DNA of 64,000 nucleotides. It comes from Octopus vulgaris (Eukaryota). The notes under the pieces are model-generated. The model saw only the letters and a program-made list of their open reading frames with translations. It made no database searches and was not told the DNA's origin. The first letter of the stretch is position 1. Each line of letters begins with the position of its first letter. This document shows, one piece after another, positions 51,621 through 64,000 of this stretch. Both the position numbers and the translations under genes were made by a program. The stretch lies in the NCBI GenBank assembly GCA_951406725.2, contig OX597827.1, positions 3,100,001 to 3,164,000 of the forward strand, given 5' to 3'.

Positions 51621-54600
51621 ATGCATATAAAGAGTCCAATGGCTGAAACAAGTGAGAGTAAAGACAGAAGATTTGAAAAGAAAATTTGGATGAAAGGGGA
51701 AAAAAAAAAACCCAAAAAAAAACAGGATGACAGAAGCAGTTTGAGTGGCAGAAAAAATGCCTTGTTATGCTGGGTCCATGTTTTTATATTTCAAATTCGT
51801 ATCTCACCAAAGTCATTTTTTGCCTTACATCCTTGCAGGTTTGATAACATTAAGTACCAGTCATGTACTAGGGTCAATGGAATTGACTAAATCCCTTCTC
51901 AAAATTGTTTGCCTTTCAACATGTTTTCCTGTTCTTGTCTTGGAAGCAGCTTGGCAACCTCAGTAGTGCCAATGGCACATGAAAAGCACCAATTATGCAC
52001 TGCAAAGTGGTTGGCATTAGGAAGGGCATCCAGCCATAGAAACCATGCAAAAGCTGATATTGCGACTTGATACAGCACCTACGACTCACTGGGCCTGGTC
52101 AAACCATTTAATTCATGCCAGCATGTAAAAGCAGATGTTAAATGATAACAACAATGAGTAAAATCAGTACCAGTAATATACTGGTTGTCACTACACTCAA
52201 ACATAACAAATTAGCAATAAATTTGCAGGCCTCTTTCCCATTGCTAATGTAATAAATCAATGGCAAAGCTTATATAACTACTATACTGGTTTTGTATGTG
52301 CTATGCGTATTATACATGTGTACATGTGTACATGTGTACATACATGCATGTACTCGTGAAAGTTGGATCAATCTCAATATAAGTGAAATGCAAGGCATCA
52401 AAAGAAGCTCTGTATATCTTTCTTTCTTTCTTTATTTATTTTGCCAGTGAGTTGTATGGTAACAGAGTAGAGTAATGCTTCATGTCTTTTGAAAACATTA
52501 TCCTACATGACTAATTAAATGATATTTTCTCCCAAGGCAAAGTTGATAATATTTTTGTCCAAGATCTCGAGTCCTCTAGATAATCAAGGATACATCGATA
52601 TATTGGCTGGATTCTATAGAATCAACATCCACACAGCATAGATAAAAAAAAAAAGAAAACAACAACAACAATAAAAATAATAACAATAACTGCAACAAAA
52701 GGTCCAACTACAAAAGAAAATTAAATAAAAAAAATTGAAAAGAAAAAGCAACAATTTGAAAGAGCGGTTAAGAAATGAATTAGATGAATGCGGGCATGCA
52801 CACACATCTATACGTATATATATATACGTATATATATATGTATTTATGTATGCACGTATGTATAAAGCTAAAATACTGAGTCAATGTGTGCATGAATGTA
52901 GATAGGTTGGGAATAAATTGACATACATTCTTCTAATTCAATACAAAGTGCACCCAAGAAGAGTTTGACAACCGCATTTATTCACATATAAAATGCACTC
53001 ATGTATAATGCATATATCTAATTACGGGTAGTGAAATCCTAGAAAGAAATATATCTTGTATACACTACACTTTGACTTTCCTTGAGTATTATGATGCATG
53101 GAAAAAAATCAAGCTTAGAATGCTTATTATAATTGCTCTCAATTTACCAAAACACCTGCTGCCTCACTAGTACAGTTATTTAATACACACTGCTAGGAAA
53201 TATACCAATATGCAAATGAATAAAATTGTTACCCGTAATGTATAGCAATTTTGTTAAGTAGCTCTGTTTCTTCTCTCTGTTGGGAATGAAAGATATGACC
53301 TTTGTGCTACTGATAAAATAGCCACACCCTTAAAAAACTTTATGATTCTGACCTCTATATAAACACACAATCTGAGATTTTGGAAAATGTAAACATTTCG
53401 ATGAGCATTTACTCGATAATTGAATCCTATCACCATGACAGTACAGTTATTTAATACACATTTAATTACTATTTAATTATCAAATAATCTCACTAAGATG
53501 CCTTACCAACCTTTACTACACTTTATTGCTGACAGTTTCTTCTCCCTTCCTACATTTATTAGGTAACATGTATAAACAGCAGACATACACAAACACATAC
53601 AGTTAATTTCCATAATCTTATTCACTTTATCACTTTATGTATTTTCCATGTAATTGTATGCATATCATTAGAATTCTTTATGTACACAATCATTACATAA
53701 GGAAATCTTATGATTTCCTTATACGTATGTGTTTACATATATGTGTGTGTGTGTGTGCGTGTGTATGTATATCAACAAATAATATATGGAGAGATAAGAC
53801 GCATAGAGTTTTAATATTTCCATAGAGTTTACAGTTGTTTCATAATCCGCTCAGAATTACATCACTAACTTTGATGCAGATACATGTATGCATGTATTCA
53901 TACACAGTATATCGATTTGAAATGACTAATGAAATATTATTTTCTGTTTTTTCTTTAGAATTGTATATCTCCTGTTTTTCACACAAACTGTATCTATGCC
54001 AGTGTATCTCATCCTTTTTTTTGTCCCATGCTCCACTTCAATGTTTTACAAAAAAGGAAAAAAAGAATGTACACACCTACCACAAATTGAGGCAATTAGT
54101 ATTTAACATATATATATATATATATATATATTCAAAAGAAGTTTTAATTAAAATTGTATGTTGAATTTTGTTCACTTGAAGCTTATATCTCATTCCTGAA
54201 TTAATCCACATCTTGCCTAAATATTGTTGTTTCAGGTGTGGGGCAAATACTCCACCTTTATAAACACCAATCTAGATGTGTGTGTGTGTGTTGGCTCAGG
54301 TATGAGTGTGTAGTTAATAAGTTTGATTCCACATGATTTCAGGTTCAGCCCTACCGTGTGGCACCTTGTGCAAGTGCCTTCTGCTTTATCCCCAGACCAA
54401 TAAAAGCCTTGTGAATGGATTTGTTAGATGGAAACTGAAAGAAGACCATAAATGTAGGCTGATTAAAGAATGTATAATTCTCCATTCTTTTGTATCTTGG
54501 CCTACAAGAGTCCATTCTTTTGTATCTTGGTCTACAAGAGCCTACAAGTGCCACATGAAAGGTACTCATGATGGTACCACATAAAAGTGCTCATGCCAGT

Positions 54601-54784
54601 GGCATGTTAAAAGTGGTTGGCATCCATCCATAAAAACCAAGCCAAATTAGACTATAAGCTGGAGAAGCTTCCCAGCTCACCAGCATGGATCAAGTCATCC
54701 AACCCATGCCAGTATGGAAAATGGATGTTAAAGGATGATGATGATGATGCACACACATATACATGTATATGTGCATATGTATGC

Positions 54785-54826
<42 letters not shown>

Positions 54827-55722
54827 GCCTTGGTTTCTGCCAGGGTCTCCTTCCATTCACAAGTTCCCCATATAGCATCTACTTAGGGATCCTGCTATCC
54901 TTCATTCTTATAAGGTGTCCAATCCAACGTAACCAGTGCCTGTGCACCATTGCCTCAATACTCAAGATATCAGCTGTCCTCAGGACTTGTGTGTCTGGAG
55001 TTTTTAAGGTCCATCCAACATTCAGAATGTGTCTGAGACATCTCTGATGAAAGCTTTCAAGATGTTTGTAAAAGGTCCATGTCTCACAATAGTAAAGGAG
55101 TGATGTTAGTACACAAGCACAGTACACAGCAATTTTTGCTTTGGAAAATACTTGGCAAACTTGGATGTCCGGATCACTTTGTATCCATAATTAAATCCTT
55201 TCATGATGGGATGGAGGCTTGGGTCAATGCTGGTGGTGGCATGGTGGGACCCGTTCCTGTAGAGAATGGTGTCAAGCAGGGTGACATCTTGCCCCAACTC
55301 TCTTTTCTTTGTACTTTGCTGCTGCTTTTACTCATGCCTTTACTATGGTTGGCTCTCTGGGAATATATGTCAGATATCAATCTTCTGTGTCAAGTACTGA
55401 TTAAAGGCCTGTGATATGCAGGAGACTGACAGGGAGAGCAATGCCTGTCATCACCACAGATGGAGGAAGCAGGTTAAGGAGGGGGTCGATGCCTATGTAA
55501 AAGCACTTATTCTTCATGAAGAATTTAAGCGTGCTGCTTGAAAGTGCACTACTAGAGTGGTGAATGAGGGAAGCTTGGTCTGCAATGTTTGCAGTCATGT
55601 ATGCTTGTCAAGAGCAGGGCTCATTAGCCACCAATGGAGCTGCAAATGCAAAATATAAGTTAGTCCTAGAGCGCACAGGGTCAGCAATGGTCTTCCTTGA
55701 TCATGAGTGGACAGCCATCATC
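54827..55722 (+). mobile_element. rearranged RTE (BovB-like) LINE with 5' inversion
   Basis: Minus segment LLYYCETW...HQRCLR...LRWIGH...LYGEL; plus segments LWKILGKLGCP...NGVKQGD and LKACD...CNVCSHVC.SRAGLISH; 12-bp TSD atatataaaaca. Confidence 0.9.
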
Positions 55723-56344
55723 ATATATAAAACAAACTAGCAAGATTGAGTGGTTAATAATTCTTCTTCAGAACAATGTGCTTTCATGTTCAATTCCATG
55801 GTTCACCACTTTGTGGAAGTGTGTTCCACTACAGCTGAAGGCTGACCAATATTTACCAAGCAAATTCAGTGAAATGGAAATTGTATGGAAGCCTTTCATG
55901 TGTGTGTGTGTGCATGAGTGTATGTGTGTATACTTCAGCATACACTGTTGATATTGTTTACATCCCACATAAAAATATATCCTGAAGCTCAGTAGTTCTA
56001 AATTCTCAGACAAATGGAATGAGGACCGCACTTAGAAATATAGATGTAGAGAGAGAGAGACAAATATATATATAAGTAGAAATATAACGTAAGTTGCCAC
56101 ACAATAAAATTGAACCTGAAAACATTTGGTTTGAAAGCAAAATTCTTAATCACACATACATGCACACATACACACGCATACATACTCACACATTATGTGT
56201 ATTCATGTATGTGCGAGTGTACGTGTGCGACACCATGGGCAAATAACTTGTCATAGCCTTGGGATGACCAAAGCCTTGTGAGTGGATTTGGTAGATGGAA
56301 ACTGAAAGGACTCCAACATGTGTATATAAATATATATATATATA

Positions 56345-56510
56345 CTCTTTTACTTTGTTTCAGCCATTTGACTGCAGTCATGCTGGAGCACCACCTTAAA
56401 GGGTTTTTAGCCTCAGAAATCAACCCCAGGATTTATTCTTTGTAAATCTAATACATCAGTTGTTTAGCGATGGTGGGGGAACAATCACAGACACAAAGAC
56501 ACATGCATAA

Positions 56511-56552
<42 letters not shown>

Positions 56553-56708
56553 GACAGGTTTCTTTCAGTTTCCATCTGCCAAATTCACTCACAAGGCTAT
56601 GATTGGCCCAAAGCTATAGTAGAAGACACTTGCCCAAGATGCCATGCAGTGGGACTGAACCTGGAACCAAATGGTTGGGAAGCAAGCTTCTTACCACACA
56701 GCCATGCC

Positions 56709-56712
<4 letters not shown>
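56345..56712 (-). mobile_element. SINE family A copy
   Basis: Reverse complement of 38221-38635. Confidence 0.85.
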
Positions 56713-56777
<65 letters not shown>

Positions 56778-57547
56778 AGAATATATATATATATTTTATG
56801 TATATATATAAAAATATATATATATAATACGCATATACTGGTGTTTACATATATCTATCTATATATATATTGGTAAAAATATATATATATAGAGATATAT
56901 ATATATATATAATACGCATATACTTGTGTTTGCATAGATGTGTATCTATATTTATTGAAATTGATCACTCACTCATTCCATCCCTCATTCGGTGAAGGAG
57001 TGTGTGAAGAATATAAATGGAATGAATCCCAGATGGATTTCAGGTCTGTTTTCCACAGCAAGGTCGATGGGTGTGATTGAGTGAGGCAGTGACTGGATGG
57101 CTAGAACAAGTTCAACTTGACATGCTCACTTTAATTATAGCTCCATATCTCTATGGATGAGAGAAGTAGGAGGAAGACTGAGCGGGGGTGGGAGGGAGTA
57201 GAAATAAGAGTTGTAATACCGGTAGGAAACGTAGGACAGAGTAATTTGTGAAAAAAATATATATATATATATATAAACATTATTTAGAATAAAGGAAATA
57301 GTATAGAGTAGCTTTAGTGAAGGGGCAATATATGTGCGTGTTCTTCCTCCCCTCTGTGTGTGTGTGTATATATGTGTATGTATGTATACATGCTTATAAA
57401 TGTCAGAGGAGGTGGATGTATTTTCATGTCCACGCAACTTTAAGTAACACGAGTAACTAAGACAACTTGTTACTCAATAACTAGAACTTCAACTGTGTGA
57501 GTGTTATGTCCTTTAATTGTTTTCACTCAAATATAAACAAATACATG

Positions 57548-57594
<47 letters not shown>

Positions 57595-57599
<5 letters not shown>

Positions 57600-58240
57600 C
57601 TGGTGTGTTTACATCCCCATAACATAGCGTTTCGGCAAAAGAGACCGATAGAATAAGTACTAAGCTTACAAAGAATAAGTCCTGGGGTCGATTTGCTCGA
57701 CTAAAGGTGGTGTTCCAGCATGGCCACAGTCAAATGACTGAAACAAGTAAAAGAGTAAAAGATATATATATATATAGAGAGAGGGAGAGATAGATAGATA
57801 GATTGATACATAGGTACATACATACATACATACATACATACATACATACATACATACAGAGAGACAATAAAAGCATGGGTGAGTGGTATGAAGTTTTCTT
57901 CCCAGTCACATGGTCCAGTGTTCAGTCCCACTATGTGCCACATTGGGCAAGTGTCTTCTAATATAGCACCAGGCTGATCCAAAGCCTTATTAGTGGAAAC
58001 TGAAAGAAACCTATCGCGTGTATGTGTGTGTGTGTGTGTGTGCATCTTTGTCTCCCACTGCCACTTATCAGCTGGTGTTGGTTTGTTTATATTCCCCATA
58101 ATCTAGCATTTTGGCAAAAAGTGACCCAGGTTGAGACAAACAAAACCAAAGGTACTGGGGTTGATTTATTCAAACAAACCTTTTGAGGCAGTGGTCCAGC
58201 ATGGTCATAGTCTAATGACTAAAACAAGTACAAGATAAAA
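57595..58240 (+). mobile_element. SINE family A: 3' half (57595-57762) and full copy (57872-58240)
   Basis: Family motifs. Confidence 0.8.
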
Positions 58241-58739
58241 GCTGTGTGTGTGTTGTGTGTGTTGTGTATGCATGTGCAAACTCAACACACGGGAAACTGG
58301 CCGGATAGCTAAAGATCCAGAAATAATGTGCTGTACAATTTTGGGGATGTAAGTACAAATCCTATTGTGATCAACATTACTGATCACCCTTACAGGATAA
58401 ATAGAGTACCAGTCATGTTCTGGGGTTGAATTTTGTTTCCTTTATCTCATTCTCTTTCTGTCTATATGTCTATCTGTTTCTTCCTCTCCCACCCACCCCT
58501 CTCTCTCTCTCTCTCTCTCTCAGAAATGGCTACGTTGAAAAGGGGTGGGTGAAATTATATATGCAGTTGCTTAATGTGAATGAAATGTCTTTTCATTTCT
58601 CTATTTCTGTTTTTTAGAAAACTTTACCTATTCATAAGTTGACTAAGGGATCTGCAGGAGATGCCCTGCTCATTGGAAGCCTGTGTTTTTTTATTTCTAG
58701 GGGACTCAAACATTCCATTCATATTAAGCAACTGTATAC

Positions 58740-58956
58740 CTATTTCTTTACTAAACACTGAGGAGACAAACAAGGACAGACGAACGGATTAAGTCGATTA
58801 CATCGACCCCAGTGTGTAACTGGTACTTAATTTATCAACACCGAAAGGATGAAAGGCAAAGTCAACCTCGGCGGAACATGAACTCAGAACGTAACAGCAG
58901 ACGAAATGCTGCGAAACATTTTGCCCGACTTGCTAACATTTCTGCCAGCTTGCCAC
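58740..58956 (-). mobile_element. SINE family B copy
   Basis: Reverse complement of 10685-10920; CpGs retained. Confidence 0.85.
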
Positions 58957-59155
58957 CTGTATACCTACTTTACCCCCACCCTCTCCAGTTCTGTACATTG
59001 AGAATAGTGGAGTATCAGAGAGAGCATCTCTTTCTTCAAAAACTGAGATAGGTTGGACGAGGAGTTAGTAACCCCTAATCATAGAAGAAACCAATAAGCT
59101 TTGGAAAAGAATGTCTGATGTGGGGCAGTATAAAGTGTGGAACAAATTAAGAAGT

Positions 59156-59193
<38 letters not shown>

Positions 59194-59592
59194 TGTGTAT
59201 GAATGTGTTTGTGTGTGAATGTATATAGTTAAATGTAAGTGCTTTTAAATGCATAAAAACAATGGACATTAACTGAATAAAGGCTCGAATACTCACAGAA
59301 GAGTTTGATATTTATTGTATCGTTATTATCAATTTATTGACTGTGACTTTGAAGTTTAACTGGTATAAGCTGGTTCAAGCTCAACAAGCCAGGACGAGAC
59401 AATGATCAATGGTTGTGTTTGTGCGCGTAAATGTGTGTGTGTGAATGTGTGTGTGAGTGTGTAGAAATGTGTGTGCATGTATACACATACACATACGTAC
59501 ACACATACATATATATCTTGAGCAATGAGAAATAAAAGAAGACAACACGAGACGGAGAGGTTTTAACAAATGTTTTCACTTACCATTTAAAC

Positions 59593-59811
59593 ATGTCTGT
59601 CTGTCTGTCTGTCTGTCTGTATGTATGTGTGTGTGTGTGTGTGTGTATGTATGTGTGTATGCATGTATGTATGTATGTATGTGTGTATATGTGTATGTAT
59701 GTATGTATGTATGCATGCATGCATGTATGTGTGTGTGTATGTATGTATGTATGTATGTATGTATGTATGTATGTATGTATGTATGTATGTATGTATGTAT
59801 GTATGTATGTA

Positions 59812-59842
<31 letters not shown>

Positions 59843-59883
59843 ATGCATGTATGTATGTATGCATGCATGCATGTATGTGTGTA

Positions 59884-59914
<31 letters not shown>

Positions 59915-60494
59915 GTATGTGTGTATGTATGTTTGTATGTATGTATGTATGTATGTGTGTGTGTATGTATGTATGTATGTGTGTATGTGTGTATGTATGT
60001 ATGTATGTATGTATGTATGTATGTATGTATGTGTGTATGTGTGTATGTATGTATGTGTGTGTGTATGCATGTATGTATGTATTTATGTGTATGTATGTAT
60101 GTATGTATGTTTGTATGTATGTATGTGTGTGTGTATGTATGTATGTATGTGTGTATGTGTGTATGTATGTATGTGTGTGTGTATGTATGTATGTGTGTGT
60201 GTATGCATGAATGTATGTATTTATGTGTATGTATGTATGTATGTATGTTTGTATGTATGTATGTTTGTATGTATGTATGTGTGTATGTATGTATGTGTGT
60301 GTGTGTGTATGCATGTATGTATGTATTTATGTGTATGTATGTATGTACGTATGTATGTATGTATGTATGTGTGTATGTATGCATGTATGTACATATGTGT
60401 GTATGTGTGTGTGTATGTATGTATGTATGTGTGTGTGTATGTATGTGTGTATGTATGTATGTATGTATGTATGTATGTATGTATGTATGTATGA
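59593..60494. repeat. about 900-bp (TGTA)n/(TG)n microsatellite
   Basis: Direct reading. Confidence 0.97.
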
Positions 60495-60620
60495 ATGAAT
60501 CACTATACATGAGGTTAAAAAATGAAATTGTTTAGAAGCTAATACATTGCGTATTGAAATATCGGAGTGCAATCGGACGCAATGAAAATAAAACAACAGT
60601 TTGCACTTTACTACCATCAG

Positions 60621-60673
60621 TTCCACATTTCTATATTTCAGTGTTAACACCTCTTCATCAGGAGAAAATGGAA
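60621..60673 (-). ncRNA. type I hammerhead-like motif
   Basis: UUCCAUUUUCUC-CUGAUGA-AGA-GGUG(UUAA)CACU-GAAA-UA-UA-GAAAUGUGGAA; about 10-bp stem I with one bulge. Confidence 0.6.
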
Positions 60674-60877
60674 TGAGGGGCTTCAACAGAGTTTTCTGTC
60701 AACTAAATTCTACTTACAATCCATGGGTCAGCACAAAATCTTGCTAGAAGAAACTTGCTCAATGTACCATGCAGTGAAATTGAAATCAGAGCCACGTGTG
60801 TTTGAAGAGAAGTTTTTAACTACACAGCTATGTGCATAATTTGTATGTGCATAATTAATATTATTCTTCATTCCTAA

Positions 60878-61090
60878 TGCGGTGAGCTGGCAGAATTGGT
60901 AGCACACTGAGTAAAATGCTTAGTGGCATTTTGCCTGTCTTCACGTTCCGAGTTCAAATTCCACCAAGGTTGACTTTGCCTTTCATCCTTTCAGGGTTGA
61001 TAAAATAAGTACCACTGAAGTACTGGGACAATGCAACCAACTTACCCACTCCTCGAAATTGCTGGCCTTGTGCCAAAATCTGAAACCAAT
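60878..61090 (+). mobile_element. SINE family B copy
   Basis: gcggtgagctggcagaat...gagttcaaattcc...gactttgcctttcatcctttc. Confidence 0.85.
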
Positions 61091-61430
61091 ATTATTCTTC
61101 ATTCTTATTGCCTTTTTGGCACTTGAATCCATTTGAGATTGTAGAATGAAACTAAAATAATAACAAGATGGTCAAGTTCTATGCTACAATTTAGAATACA
61201 AATTATTCTGCTATATTAAGGAGCTGGTATGGCTGTGTGGTTAAGAGGCTTGCCTCCCAACCATGTGATCTCTGGTTTTACATGGCATCTTGGGCAAGTG
61301 TCTTCAATTATAGACCTAGGCAAACCAAAGCCTTGTGACTGGATTTGATTGACGGAAACTGAAAGAAGTCTATCAAGTATATATATATTTCCAACCCATA
61401 CCAGCATGGAAAATAGACATATGATGATGA

Positions 61431-61471
<41 letters not shown>

Positions 61472-62548
61472 TATGTGTGTGTGTGTGTGTGTGTGTATGC
61501 TCTTGACTGACATAAATGTGGTGGATATAAATGAGTATTGCTATCATACAAACTATGTTGTTTCTTTCTAGTCTCCTATGGAGAAATATTACCTTGACTA
61601 GAAGCAGGTTCGAGTTGGTCACAGGAAGTGCATCCAGTTGTAGAAAATCTGCCTTAACAAACTCTATCTGACCCATGCAAGCATGGAGAAGTGGATATTA
61701 AATCATGGTAAACAACTACCCCACACACACACAAACACACACTAGTATACACACTCAAATCAAATATATACTGATCAACTCTATGTCCCACCAACCAAGT
61801 AGAATAAACTTTGTTGAGGAGAGCTAATAAGGCTGAAACATGTTCATTGCTTTCACCAAACTGGCTTCAAATCCCAGATTTAGTCCAATCTGCCACTGGC
61901 CAATATTCACCAAAAATTCCAATCAACTGGTCTTATTGATGTATTTCCCCCCCTAACTTGTAGGTCTTTTTCTTAAGTTTTCAACATTCTCAGGAGATGT
62001 TTTTATCAACTAATTGTTTCAATTGATTATCTCAGTTGATTGAGGTTTTTTCCAGTTGACTATATATCATATGTGACACCCTACAGTAAAAATTCATTGA
62101 CTATTGTTGATTTTATACTTGAAAAGAAACCAGAATAATCTAGAATCTCAGGATTTCTCTACAACAGGAAACAATAAAGTACCCAATGTCCCCCCTCTCT
62201 CTATTTATCTATCTATCTTTTCGTCTATATACCTATCTCTTTCTCTTCTTGCAATCTCTTTGTCTCTCTCTTTCCCAAGGCATCTCACTCAATTTCTATT
62301 ATTATCTATGTAGCTGCATCTCTTTCTTTCTCCCCACACTCTCTATCACTCTCTTTTAATTGAGTCTTTGCTACTCTCTCTCTATCTTCCTTCATCTCTC
62401 CCCCCTTCTCTTTCATTTGGTTCTTTTGTATTTCTCTGCTGCTCTCATTCTTTCTCATACTCTGCTTCTCCCTTTGCCTCATTTGAGTTTATTGTTGCTC
62501 CCTTACATTTTTCCCTTTCTTTTTCTCAGTTCTCTATCTGTCTGTCTA

Positions 62549-62593
<45 letters not shown>

Positions 62594-62618
62594 CTTTCCC
62601 TCTCTCTCACACGAACAG

Positions 62619-62691
62619 TTATAGATGATGTTATTGTTTCAGTAAGGTGGGCAGGACTGGATTGGATTAGAAGCTTTGAACCATGTAATGG
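62619..62691 (+). CDS. weak candidate exon
   Basis: Long (TC)n tract then acag; donors gtaagg (62642) or gtaatg (62692); open frame IDDVIVSVRWAGLDWIRSFEPCN; unrecognised. Confidence 0.2.
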
Positions 62692-62849
62692 GTAATGGTG
62701 AGAAACTGTTCCATTCCATTCTCCTCTCCCCCTTGCTCCTCATCCCCCACTCATGCTACACTTTGCCCAAAACATGAATTTCTGTTCCTCCACACCCCTA
62801 CACACAACAACCGCGCTCCACCACCAACTCCCTCCCTCCCTTGGCTTAA

Positions 62850-63860
62850 TCTAAACACCACAACCAAGACAACAATAACAACAAACAGCAACCACCACCA
62901 CTGCAACCACCACCACCACCACCACCGTCAATAATGATATCAATACCATAAATACTTGTGCCAATACTAACAACATCACAATCACCATTAATACAATAAC
63001 AGTAATAACAGTCCCAAACCTACTTCTATTAAAACACCCTTCACTACTGCCACCATCGCCACCGCATTAGGCACCAAATTTGCCAACACTACCAGCAAGT
63101 ACCACTGCCACCACCATTAGTATAATGACCGTAATCACTATCATAATCATCATCAGCATCAGCATCAGCACCACAGCCACCATAATCATTATAACACCAG
63201 CATTATCAACAGCACTACAACCCAGACTTTTATAAGTGGGGGCTGCAAACAAATACTTTGTATCCAGAGCAAAGGAACAAGAATTTTCCTGGAATCTCAG
63301 AAAATGTTTGCTTATGTTGAAGACTAGCATTTATCAGAAAGGAAATCCTTATCTCTGTTCCCACCCACCGCATCCCCACCATAATCACCACTCCTGAAAG
63401 CACAACCAAAATCAAAATACCTAGTACTGTCTATTACCTCTCAAAGCCACCAATACCACCATCATAACACTGTCAGTCAGATCCACAACATTCAACGCTA
63501 TCAACACCACTACCACCACCACTACTACCATCATCATCATTATCACCACCATCATATCCATAGTGCTCGACATGACCATCAGCAACACTACCACCACTAA
63601 TGTCACCAACAAGACCAGCCTGACAACGACCACCATCACCACCACCACTACCATCATCACATCCACAGTATTCAACACAATCATCACTAACACCACCAAC
63701 AGTACCACCACCAGTACCACCACCACCACCATCATAATAATCATCATGACCATCCACTAACATCACCTGTAATCCTTATTACTATCACCACAACTGCAAA
63801 TACAAAACTACCACTACCACAACCATCTCAGCCCTTCCGTCACCATCACCCTAATCACTC
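62850..63860. repeat. degenerate (CAC/CAT/CAA)n low-complexity region
   Basis: Direct reading. Confidence 0.85.
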
Positions 63861-64000
63861 TTTTATCATCAACACCACTTGGAGCCAATGTGGGAGCCTC
63901 TTCATTGATGTTTCTCGACCATTTCCATCCCATGCTCCACTTTGATTTAAAAAAGCAGGACACACGTCTCTCCCCTCACTACCATGAATGTCACATTGCC

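Noticed and set aside
54481-54548. 30-bp tandem duplication as a functional repeat
   Set aside because: Only two copies at a TE junction; ordinary slippage.
59576-60535. 200-300 aa ORFs (also at 42.1, 43.7 and 45.0 kb)
   Set aside because: Translations of stop-free TA/TG/TACA microsatellites.

Overview
AT-rich, gene-poor eukaryotic DNA, almost certainly octopus or another coleoid cephalopod, judged from the extreme (TA)n/(CA)n/(TACA)n/(TAA)n/(ATG)n microsatellite load and the SINE and RTE-LINE families present. It reads as a very large intron or intergenic region. No recognisable host CDS, rRNA, tRNA or CRISPR array was found, and nearly all ORFs in the track are microsatellite translations. 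The identifiable content is transposon-derived: more than 30 tRNA-headed SINE copies of several families, RTE and R4/Dong LINE fragments, three mariner derivatives, a hAT (Buster/Charlie-like) transposase relic, a Tc2/pogo-like MITE nested in a TTAA MITE, and Helitron/Helentron-like elements. The best finds are: (1) a tRNA-headed element carrying a minimal type I hammerhead ribozyme (19268-19565, minus strand), with other hammerhead relics across the window; (2) an RTE insertion with a 5' inversion plus template jump, bracketed by a 12-bp TSD (54827-55722); (3) a young RTE with an open frame, a Cys-finger remnant inside RT and a 1.7-kb higher-order repeat in its 3' UTR (45439-48006); (4) TA-embedded fold-back hairpins; and (5) a CpG-retaining promoter-like island next to a 28-nt minus-strand microexon candidate (about 16.1-16.8 kb). 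All calls were made by eye, and coordinates of degraded repeats are approximate.
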